Shown here one piece after another: positions 12,701-24,700 of a DNA stretch of 64,000 nucleotides (positions within the stretch are counted from its first letter, which is position 1; each line of letters starts with the position of its first letter). A program made the translations under genes and the position numbers. The notes under the pieces were generated by a model, which made no database searches, was not told where the DNA came from, and saw nothing but the letters and a program-made list of their open reading frames with translations. This DNA comes from Salpingoeca rosetta (lineage: Eukaryota > Protista > Choanoflagellata), in NCBI GenBank assembly GCA_033442325.1, contig JAWQFM010000017.1:83775-147774 (forward strand). The letters run 5' to 3'.

Positions 12701-15700
12701 CCTTCTTGCTGCCGCTCACAGATCCGTTCACCATTCGCTTCGTGCCCAAGAAAGACTTCTTTGGGCGCGCCGACCTCACGTTTGTGGCCTGGGATCACAC
12801 ACAGGGCGCACCCCTGCAGGCCAACGTGGACGCGACGTACGCATCCGACGGCGCTTTCAGCCGCGACACGAGCGTGGTCGCCATCGACGTTGAGTCTGTG
12901 AACGACGTTCCCGTGGTGCTGCTGGAGGGCCCCGCGGCAGCCGCTGCGCGCAACGGCGACGGCAACGCCACAGCCACGTTTGTGGAGCAGGGCGGCGCCG
13001 TCTCCATTGTCAACAGCACGGGCCTGTCGCTGTGGGACGTGGACAACTTCCAGCTGCAGTACGTGGACATTGACGTGACCAACCCGCGCGACGGCGACGC
13101 AGACGTGCTGCTGATCCAGGCTGAGACGGAGATTGAGGGCCTGGTGGTGGAGCGCATTGACGCGTGGCACGTGCGGCTGGGCGTGGGGGCGTCGCCATCC
13201 AACGCCAGCCACGCGCCGCTGTACGACGACCTGCAGTACCGGGACAACCAGACGGTGCGGCTGGAGGCGGCGCTGCGCAGCCTGGCGTACAACAACACGC
13301 TGGACGAGCCAAGCCTGGAGACGCGCGTGGTGCGCGTGGGTGATGGTTCCAGATAGATCGTCGATAAAGACATCTTACGGCACCGAAGATTGCCTTCTGG
13401 CTATCGACTGATCAAAAAGCCCGGTTATGGCCGCTTGCATATTAATCGGCTTCGCACGCATTCGTCTGAAATTTTCATGTTACAAGGAGCGCAAGACGTA
13501 CGTGGGAGCACGGCGGGCCTGTGCGGCTGCTGTCTGCGGGTGCGTTTGGCGTTTCTGACGAGGACCACGAGGCCGAGTTCCCGATGCAGGCTGCGAGCGT
13601 GCGGTTTGTGTCAGCGGGAGACGTTGATGCCGCGGACGAGGCGCTGTGGGTTGACGCGGGCGTTGTCGGTAGCGTGCCTGGGCTGAGCAGCTGGTACAAC
13701 GCGACGACGCGGACGCTGAGCGTGCGTGGGCCTGCGCCGTACAGCGCGTACGCGGCTGTGCTTGCGACGCTGACGTACAACAACAGCGCCGAGGAGCCTG
13801 AGCCTGGCCCGCGGGCGGTTGAGATTGTTGTTGACGACGGCGTGTTTGAGAGCGCGCCAGCGCGCGTTGACTTTGACGTTGCTGTGATCAACGACCGGCG
13901 GCCCGTTGTGTATGTCGGGGATGCCGGGAACGGCGTTGTGAACGCGAGCGTGGTGTTTACGGAGGAGGGCCCAGCGGTGTCTGCTGTTGGCGCAGATGCC
14001 GGGATCACGGACGCGGACAGCGGGGACCTTGCGCTTGCTGCTGTGCGTGTTGTGCTTGTTGACGGACGGGATGGTGTGCTCGAGGAGCTGTCTGCGACGG
14101 ACGGCGGGAGCAGCAACATCAGCGTGGAGTACAACAGCACGGCGGACCCGTATGTGCTTGTGCTGCGCGGGCCTGCGCTGCGCACCGAGTTTGTGGCGGC
14201 GCTGTCGACGCTGACGTACCGGAACGTTGCGGATGAGCCGAGCGGGGCTGATGTGGTTGCTGACGGAGACGACGGCAGCGCGCGGCGGACGCTGATGGTG
14301 ACGGTTGACGACGGCCTGTTTGTGAGCGAGCCCGCCTACACCCACATTGAGATTGCCATGGTCAACGACGAGCCGCTGTTTGACGCCGGTGGCAATGGCA
14401 TGCCGGACTCGACTGTGACGTTCTTTGAGGCGTCTCGCCCTCTGCTGCTGTTCGACCCGCAGTCGGCTGTGACAGACTCCGACGACACCATCCTGCAGAA
14501 CGCCAGCATTGTGCTCTCTCCAACACCAGACTCGCCAGACGAGTACCTCATTGTTGCTGACCAGGGCACCTCCATCACCGTCACGGCCACCAATGACGAC
14601 ACCGTGTTTGAACTTCGCGGTCCTGCGCCGCTGAGCGAGTTCACTGCCGTGCTTCGTGCCGTTGCGTATGTCAACACAGTGACAGACCCGCGCAAACCCA
14701 CGGGCGGCTCCCGCATTGCAACGGTGACGCTTGACGACGGGCGCGCGCGCTCCGAGAGCACCGCCACCATCCAGTTCCAGGCTGTCAACGACGAGCCCGT
14801 GCTGGACATTAGCGGGCCAGCGGTGCCTGGTCGCCAGTACGCGACAGAGTTTGTCGAGGAGCAGGCGTGGCCCGTGCCCGTGGTGAGCGAGAACCTCACC
14901 CTGACCGACTCTGACAACACCACACTTGTTGCTGCCCGCGTTGTGATGCAGCCTGTGCCCGACCAGGAGAACGAGACGCTGCTCTGGGACACGACGCTTG
15001 CGGCTTCCGCTGGCCTGACTGCAGCCTACAACGTGTCGAGCGGCGAGCTGACCATTGGCGGCGAGGCGGCCGTTAGCGACTACGAGGCCCTGCTGCGCAC
15101 GCTCGCGTATTTCAACAACGAGGACGAGCCATCCCCTGCAGATCGCCTTATCCGCATCTCTGCCTTTGACGGCCTTGCGTGGAGCATTCCGCGCACAACC
15201 ACGCTGAAGATTGTGCTCACCAACGACCCGCCGCGCCTGTACTACCCGGGCGATGCACCCGACGTCAACTACGTCGAGGACGCGCCCCCGGTGCTTGTAT
15301 TTGACCAGGGCCTGTACCTGCAGGACGACGATGACCTGGACATGCAGACGGCGATGGTCACCATCGACAACGTGCAGGACACGGATCACGAGTTCCTCAC
15401 GTTCGCTGACAGCCCGGTTGCCACGGGCATCACCGCCTTCCGCACCAACGACACCACCCAGCTCAGCTTTGCTGGCGTCGACAGCATTCAGCACTACCTG
15501 CGTCTGCTGCGCTCGGTTCGCTACCGTAACACCGACCAAGGCCCCACCACATCCGTGCTGCGCTCCATCACCCTGCAAGTTCGCGATGCGCAGGGTGGCC
15601 TGAGCAACCTCGTGCAGGTCTACGTCAACGTGAGCGCCGTGAACGACGCACCTGTCCAGGATGAGCACACCACACAGCTGCCTGCCGTGCCGGAGGACGT

Positions 15701-18700
15701 GGGCACCAGCAACACCGCCAACCCTGGCCTGCCCATCCTGAACGCGATTGTGGACTCGACGGATGTGGACGACGACGCCGTGATGGGGATGGCCATCTTC
15801 TCTGCCGACTCCGCCAACGGCACCTGGCAGTGGCAGCCCGCCACCGGCAGCGCTTGGAACGACGTTCCCAGCGACACCAGCGTGACCAACGCCGTGCTGG
15901 TTGCCGCTGGACCCGCGTCGCGCCTGCGCTTTGTGCCCAACGCCAACTACCACGGCAGCGCGGCCCTCTCCTACTACGCCTGGGACCAGACGCAGGGCAG
16001 CGAAGGAGACCTGGTTGACGCATCCGTTCGTCCGCAGACCGGCGCCCTCTCCGACGCGCCGAGCCACGTGGCCATCACCATCCTCAGTGTCAACGACCGC
16101 CCTGTGCTCGACGCAGCGCGTGTTGCCAACTTTCCCACCGTCCTGGAGGACGTCCCGCCCAGCAACAACTCTGGCCTGTCCATCCCGGAGCTGCTCAACG
16201 GCTCGGTGTTCGACCCAGACCTGCTGCTGCACAATGGCGTGCGCCTTCCCGATACCAGCGTGGACGGCATTGCGGTGACGGGCGCAGACAGCGCCAACGG
16301 CGTGTGGGAGTGGTCGTCTGACGGCGGCGCGTCCTGGACCGCCGTCGACACGGACGTGGCCCCCGCACAGGCGCTGCTGCTGCTCTCGGAGCCACGGTTC
16401 CGCCTGCGCTTCCTCCCTGCCGCGCACTTCCACGGCACCGTGCCGCTCACCTTTGTTGCGTGGGACGGCACCCGCGGTACGTGGGGCCAGACGGCCAGCA
16501 CGCTCTCATCGGACGCAGACGAGCCCTTCAGCCTCGCCTCCGCCACCGCCCACCAGGAGGTGGCGTCGGTCAACGACCAGCCGGTCCTGCAAGCCGGAAC
16601 ACAGACGGAGGCCATCTTCGAGGACATCCCCGATGCGGAGAACGCTGGGCTGTCGACCGCTTACCTTCTCCAGCAAGGGTCTGCGGCCGACAACGATTCG
16701 GATGCCACGCTGGGTGTTGCACTTGTCCGCCTAGAGTCGCTGAACGGCGAGTGGCAGTTCACCCTGGACAGCAATGCAACGTCCGTGACGTGGACGCCCG
16801 TGTCGGCCAACACGTCCGACGCGCGTGCAGTTGTGCTCACATCCGCCGACACGGTGCGGGTGCGCTTCGTGCCCAACCCCAACTACTACGGCAGTGCTGA
16901 ACTCGAATTCCGCGCCTGGGACCAGACAGATGGCGCGGCGAGCGGCTCCGTGACTGGTGTCAGCCTCGTCAAGACAGTCGCGCTCAAACCGGCCTTCAGC
17001 GATGACACGCGTACCCTGCACCTCAACGTGACGCAGGTCAATGACTCACCCGTTGTCAGCACGAGCCTGGTCACGCTGCCGACCATCGACGAAGACACGC
17101 CGCCCGCAAACATCACGGGCGCCACGTTTGAGTCTCTGCTGGACGCGGACGTGAGTGACGTTGACGACTACTCGGACTACGGCGTTGCCGTGATTGCGCT
17201 CGACCGCCGCAATGGCGAGTGGCAGTTCCGCAACGGCTCGCACACCGCTTGGGTCACCTTCCCTGGTGGCATCGCAGAGACCTCTGCAATGCTCCTGAGC
17301 AAGACCAGCACCGTGCGCTTTGTGCCATTCAAGGACTTCTACGGCATCGCTGACCTTCAGCTGCGCGTGTGGGATATGACCCAGTACACGCTTGGCCAGC
17401 AACACGTGGACGCACAAAACACCAGCCCATTTGACAGCTTCAGCGCACAGGTTGTGGACGTGCGAGCACCGGTTGAGTCTGTGAACGACGTTCCCGTGGT
17501 GCTGCTGGAGGGCCCCGCGGCAGCCGCTGCGCGCAACGGCGACGGCAACGCCACAGCCACGTTTGTGGAGCAGGGCGGCGCCGTTTCCATTGTCAACAGC
17601 ACGGGCCTGTCGCTGTGGGACGTGGACAACTTCCAGCTGCAGTACGTGGACATTGACGTGACCAACCCGCACGACGGCGACGCAGACGTGCTGCTGATCC
17701 AGGCTGAGACGGAGATTGAGGGCCTGGTGGTGGAGCGCATTGACGCGTGGCACGTGCGGCTGAGCGTGGGTGCGTTGACTTTGACGTTGCTGTGATCAAC
17801 GACCGGCGGCCCGTTGTGTATGTCGGGGATGCCGGGAACGGCGTTGTGAACGCGAGCGTGGTGTTTACGGAGGAGGGCCCAGCGGTGTCTGCTGTTGGCG
17901 CAGATGCCGGGATCACGGACGCGGACAGCGGGGATCTTCCGCTTGCTGCTGTGCGTGTTGTGCTTGTTGACGGACGGGATGGTGTGCTCGAGGAGCTGTC
18001 TGCGACGGACGGCGGGAGCAGCAACATCAGCGTGGAGTACAACAGCACGGCGGACCCGTATGTGCTTGTGCTGCGCGGGCCTGCGCTGCGCACCGAGTTT
18101 GTGGCGGCGCTGTCGACGCTGACGTACCGGAACGTTGCGGATGAGCCGAGCGGGGCTGATGTGGTTGCTGACGGAGACGACGGCAGCGCGCGGCGGACGC
18201 TGATGGTGACGGTTGACGACGGCCTGTTTGTGAGCGAGCCCGCCTACACCCACATTGAGATTGCCATGGTCAACGACAAGCCCGTTTTCGACGGCGACGC
18301 ATACAGCGGTGCCCCTGTGGTCGTGGAGTTCGTGGAGGGCGAGGGCCCGTTGCTGCTCTTTGCGAACGGCACACTGGCTGACGCCGACGACACCATCCTG
18401 CAATCTGCCGTGGTGTCGCTCAACGCTCGCCCCGATGGCGATCAGGAGTTTCTGCTGGTCAACCTAACGGGCACGGCGCTGACACGCGTGGATGTGTCTG
18501 ACACGGTGCTGCGCCTGCAGGGACCCGATACCGTGGCCAACTTTGAGCGCGCCTTGCGCTCCCTCGCGTACAACAACACGATTGCGCGCCCAGGGAAGCC
18601 CACAGCCATCACCCGCATCGTCACCGTGACAGTGGACGACGGCCGGCGCAACAGCTCTGCTGTAACCGCCACTGTGACGTTTGCCGCCGTCAACGACGCA

Positions 18701-21700
18701 CCCATCCTCGCCCTGAGCCCAACGTCCTTTGACTTTGAGGCGACGTTCGTGGAGGAACTGGGGCCTGTCCTGGTCGTGTCGCCGGCGCTCTCCCTGGTGG
18801 ATGTGGACAACACGTCCCTCAGCTGGGCCAGTGTCACGCTCAGCCCCGTCCGCAACGGCCGCAACGAGTCGCTCTGGGTCAACGCGTCTGACACCGGCCT
18901 CACCTGGTCCTATGATCACGGTTCTGGGGAACTGCGCATTGTCGGGCCGGCGCCCGTTGAGTCCTTTGAGCAGGTTCTGCGGACCACGCGCTACAACAAC
19001 GAGCTGGACGAGCCAGATGCCACCGAGCGCACCGTGACGTTTGTGATGAGCGACGGCCTGGCCGACAGCATTGCGCGGCAGACGCGCCTGAACATCTCGC
19101 TCACCAATGACCGCCCGTTTGCGGACTTTGAGTGGGAGACATCGCGCCAGCGCGCCGACTACAATGCATTTACGCACCTGCCGACCACGCCGGCGCTTCG
19201 CACGTTTGTGGAGGGCACGGCACCGGTGCCAGTGGCCGACAACCTCCGCGTTGGTGATGACGACAACACACGCCTGATCCAGGCCACGGTGAACATTGCT
19301 AATGTCTTGGACGCGGGCCTGGAGGTGCTGTACTACTATGAGACAGACAGCCGCATTGTCAGCTTTGCCTCCAACGGCACTCACACGCTGACGCTGAGTG
19401 GGCTTGCGCCCGTGGCCGCGTGGAACCGTGTCCTCTCCTCTGTCGCCTACGCCAACCTGGACACGAACCCAGACACGTCCGCGCCACGTCGCATCGACAT
19501 CACCGTCAGCGACGGCGAGCTGACAAACGTGGCTACGGAGCCCGCACTCGTCACCGTGGTTGCACGCAACAACGTGCCGCACGTTGTTCCCAGTGCTGTT
19601 GGCAGCACGCACCTGACCACCATTTTGGAGGACGAGACGGAGAACGACGGCACCCGCGTATCGAGTGTTGCCGTGGACAGCGTGCAGTTTACGGATGCCG
19701 ACGAGACCACCGCGTTTGGTGTCGCCATTGTCAACGCCAGCGATACCCTCGGCACCTGGCAGGTGGCGCTGGCCAGCGAGAGCGCTGTTGCTGGCAACGG
19801 CACCGTGATGTACACCTGGGTGGACGTCGATGCGTCGTCGCTTGCCCCGTCCTCTGCAGCCATCCTGCTTGGGCCCAACGACCGCGTGCGCCTCGTTCCC
19901 AACACGCACGCCAACGGCGTCACAGGCCTGGATGTGCGCGGATGGGATCTCACGGGCGGCGTCAACGCGTCCACTTCTCCCCAGGACATTTCTGTGCTGC
20001 TTGCCGACACGGAGCGCGGGCCCTTCACGGCCGACGTGCTGCCCGTGCAGCTGACGGTGACGGCGGTGAACGACGCGCCGTGGTTTGTGACCATGACGAA
20101 CGTGACCACGCCAGAGGACGTTGCCCTGACGCTGCCGCAGGTGGTGCTGAATGACGTGGATGCTGCCGAGGCACCTTCCTCGCCCTACACGGTGACGGCG
20201 GCTGCGTCTGTTGGCGGCCTGCGCGTGAACGATTCGGACGCGTTCCAGCCCCAACTCACCTTCTCGCGGCCGCTGGCCGAGGCAAACGCCCTCCTGGCGA
20301 ACCTTGCTTTCCTTGGGCCCGCCAACTACCATGGCATGGCCACCATCACCATCACCGCCAGTGACAACGGCATCGCGGGCGTTGGCCAGCCGCTCGAGGC
20401 TGCCACCACCGTGCACGTGCGCGTGCTGCCTGTGAACGACCAGCCCGTGTTTGAGCACGCGCTTGCGTCGCCCTTCGAGGTGTTTGAGAACGACGTCGCC
20501 GACGGCACGGGCTCCCGCATCTCGGACAACGCTGTCGTGATTGGCGTTGGCGCCAACGTGACGGGCGAGGGCGTCTTCTCCGATGTGGACGAACCCACCG
20601 CTTCGGCGCTCGGCCTGGCGCTCACGGCTGTCGATGCCACGCACGGCAACTGGTCTTACCGCACCGCAGACATGCCTGCCGGTGTGTGGACGCGCATCAC
20701 GGCTGCGGATGCCATCGGGGAGGAGAACGCGCTTGGCCTGCCGCCATCCGCCTTGCTCCGCTTCGTGCCCACGGCCTTCTACTATGGCCCGGCCACGTTC
20801 ACCGCCCGAGGGTGGGACCAGGGCGAGCGCTCAGCCGCCGCGCGTGCCAGCGGCACTGCGGTCACGAGCCTCAACGCGACCACGTCCCTTGTGCGTGCTG
20901 ACGCACCCTTCAGCCAGCAGCCGCTGGTGGCCACGGTGCAGGTCTTGCCCGTGAACAACGGGCCCGAGGCGTTTGCGCCGGCCGCCCTCACCATGTGGGA
21001 GGACATGGGGCCCTTCAACGTCACGGCCGTGTCCGTGTTTGACCGCGACGCCGATGTTGCTGGCGGCGTGACGACGACCGTGCGCGTGAGCACCGGAACG
21101 CTGGCCACAACGGCAACTGCTGGTTGGAGCTCCCAGCTGGTTCTGGCCGGGTATGTGGCGGACGTCAACGCCGCACTCGCCACCTTGCAGTTTGACCCGC
21201 CCCAGGACTTTGTGGGCGATGCCATTGTGACCCTGAACGTGACGGACCACGGGCGTTTCGGCGCCGGTGCTGGCCCCAAGACAGCTGTGGCGCAAACTAC
21301 CATCACCGTGCAGCCGCTCAACGACAGGCCCGTGTTCGCCACCACCGACCCCGTGCCACCGCCGCAAGCGCTGCGCTCCATCCTTGAGGACGTGCCCGTC
21401 GCTGACAACGACGGCACGCCCGTGCAGGACCTGCTGGCGCTGGCATCGGACGTGGATGCCGGCACCGTGCTTGGCGTGGCCATCGTGGAGGTGCACAACG
21501 CGTCCTTGGGCGTGTGGCAGTACCGCGCAAATGCGTCCGCTGCTCCCGGCTCCCCCGACGCGCAGTGGCGCAACATGTCTGCCATGGCGACCCGCGACGA
21601 CGCCGCCCTGCTGCTGGGTAGCGAGGCGTGGGTGCGCTTCCTTCCGTTCCTCAACGTGTTTGGCACCGTGCAGCTGCGCTTCAAGCTGTGGGACCAGACG

Positions 21701-24700
21701 GACGGCGGCGTGAGCGGCCAGGACAACGCGGACACCACGGGGCCCGCACCCACCAGCGCTTACAGCCTGCAGACGGCGACGGCGCTGCTCGACGTGCTGC
21801 CCGTGAACGACGTCCCCGTCGTCTCCAGTACGCACCCCACCAACGTGTTCACCTTTGTCGAGGACGGCGCGCCCGTGCGCGTGGCGCAGGCCGTCTCCGT
21901 GGTGGACGTCGATGACACCACGCTCACGGAGATGCGCTGCGTCGTGTCCGGCATCCGGGACGAGGGCAGCGAGGCATTGCTGCTGGACAGCCCCGCGCAC
22001 GGCCCACACGCCCTCAGCATCACCCGCACCGCCACCACGTTTGAGCTGCGCCTGAAGCCGTTCAACAACGGCGAGCGCACGCTGGCGCAGGTGCGCGACT
22101 GGATTGCGGCTGTCCGCTACGTCAACACGGCCGACGAGCCAACACGCGGCCGCCGCACTCTCACCTTCACCGTCCTGGACCACGTTGGCGAGAGCCTGCC
22201 GTTTGTCACGTCCGTCGTCATGTCCATGATCAACGACCACTTGCCCGCGCTCGCGGCTGAGGCCGACGGCGCCACCATCACGTTTGTGGAGGGCACAGCC
22301 GGCGACAGCGTGGCCCTGCTTGGCCCGGGCACCGTCAACGTGTCTGACGCGGACCACGCGGACCAGTTCTACATCCAGCGCGCCGTGGCCACACTCACCC
22401 CTGCACCGGACGGTGATGCCGTGGAGCAGCTGAGCGTGGACGCGCAGAACCTCACTGCCACATATGCCAGCGCGGGTGGCGTGGGCGTGCTCGAGGTTGT
22501 GGGCGCTGGCGCGTTTGGCCTGTACGAGCAAGTGCTGTCCAGCCTGGCGTACGTGAACAGCGCTGAAGAACCGACGCTTGGCGATCGCACAGTCTCGCTG
22601 GTGATCAACGACGGCTTGTTCAACAGCACGCCGCCCGTCACCCTCACCGTGAGCGTGGTTGGCATCAACGACCAGCCGCCCACCGTGCTCTTTGCTGGTA
22701 ACACGCCCACAGGCACGGCAGCCTTTGTGGAGGAAGGCCCCGCTGCGCCAGTCATGCCCGCGGTGACGCTTGGGGACGCCGACTCGGGCGTGTCTGTGAT
22801 TACCGCGGCTTGGTTGCGGCTGCCTCAGCACGTGGACGGTGCCGGCAGCGAAGCGCTGGCCCTGAACAGCGCGGCGCAGTCGCTGGCCAGCAGCGAGGGC
22901 GTTACCGTCTCCATTGGCGACGATGGCGCCGCTCTCAACCTGACTGGCACGGCCACACCGGCCACGTACCAGGCCATCCTCCGCGGCGTGTTGTACGACA
23001 ACACGGCGGTTGAGCCAAACCACCCGGACTGGCGCGAGGTGCAGGTTCGCGTGTCTGACGGCGACCTCCTCAGCTCCCCAACGCACGTCAACGTGTCCAT
23101 TGTGCGTGTCAACGACGTGCCCACGCTCGACCTGGGCGGCAGCGCCCTCCCCGGCGACGGCTTTGTGCTGTCGTACACGGAGGGCGATGGCACCGTCCGC
23201 GCCGTTGCTGCCGACGCGGTGGTTGGCGACGTCGACAACACCGTGCTTGAGGCACTGGAGGCGCGCCTGTCCCCGTTCCCGGACGGCGCCGCGCTGGAGA
23301 TGATCAACATGACCGTCAACACCCCGGCAACGCCCAACCTGTGGCTTGCTTCCGGCACCAACGCGACGCGCGTGGTTGTGCGCGGCCCGGCACCGCTGGC
23401 AGAGTTTGTCACGGCGCTGCGGTCGCTCACATACACGCACGCGGGCGCCATGCCTGGCAACCCGGACACGCGGCCACGCGCGATTGAGGTGCGGGCGAGC
23501 GATGGCGATGGCTGGTCCGCGACGGCCACCTCGTCCATCGTCTTCACAGCCGTCAACGACGCGCCGCGCATTGATCTCAACGGCAAGGCGCCCGGTATCG
23601 GCTACCAGACCACGTTTGTGGAGGAAGGCGATGCGGTGGCCATTGCCAGCACCAACGCGTCCTCGATTGTGGACGTGGACAACTCCACGCTGGCCTCGTT
23701 GACCGTCACCATCACCAACCCGCTCGACGGGCCTGCCCAGGAGGTGCTTCGGGTCGACACCAACGCCTCCGCCGCCGCAGCCATCCCCACAGCGCAGATT
23801 GCGGTGGCGTACGACGTGGCCACCAGCACGCTCACGGCAAGCGGCGTTGCCCCTGTTGCCGGCTACGTGGCTGTCCTGCAGTCGCTTGCCTACCAGAACC
23901 TGGCGGATGAGCCCTCGCCGCAGCCGCGCATCCTGCACGTGGTGGCCAGCGACGCGCTGCGCGACTCCCTCCCTGCCGTGTCGCAGATCAACATCCAGCT
24001 CATCAACGACGCACCAGCGCTGCACCTTGGCGCCGCCAGCACCGACCCGCAGGCCCTCAACTTCTCCACCGTCTACGTGGAGAGCACGAGCCCCGGCGCC
24101 GCGCTTGCCGCCACAGCCAGCGACCTGTACCTGAACGACGACGACAACGCACAGCTGTCGCGCGCCACCGTTGAGCTGCTCAATGCGGCAGATGGCGCAG
24201 ACGAGGGCCTGTACCCGCCCGTGACCGGCTTGAACGGCGGCGTCGCCGTCGGAACCGGAACGCACATGCTCGAGCTGAGGCTGAACGCGTCGCTGGCAGA
24301 CTGGCGCGCCGTCCTAGCCGCCACCACCTACAGGGACGCGTCCGAGAACCCGACAGTTGGCGACGACCGCGTGCTTCGCGTGCGCGTGTTTGATCCTGTT
24401 GGCGCCGGGTCTGCGCCCGCGTACGTGCACGTGCGCATTGCACCAGTGAATGACGCGCCCATGTTCTCGTACACGGCCTCCTTTGGTGCCGCCGCACCGA
24501 CCCTCAACTACACAGAGGACGCCTCGCCACTGCCGCTTGCGCCGTCTGGCGTTGTCCGCGACTACGACAACACGCACCTTGCGCGCGCCACGTTCGTCCT
24601 GGAAAACCTGCAGGACGTTGGCCTGGCGCAGCAGACGGAGGTGCTCTCCGTTGACCGCGCCCTTGCGCAGGCCAACGGCATCTTCGTGGACTACGACCGT

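Noticed and set aside
13336-13508. Spliceosomal intron (GTGGGT..GAG) that would rejoin the frame
   Set aside because: It would delete the conserved module junction, and the segment lacks the composition of host introns.
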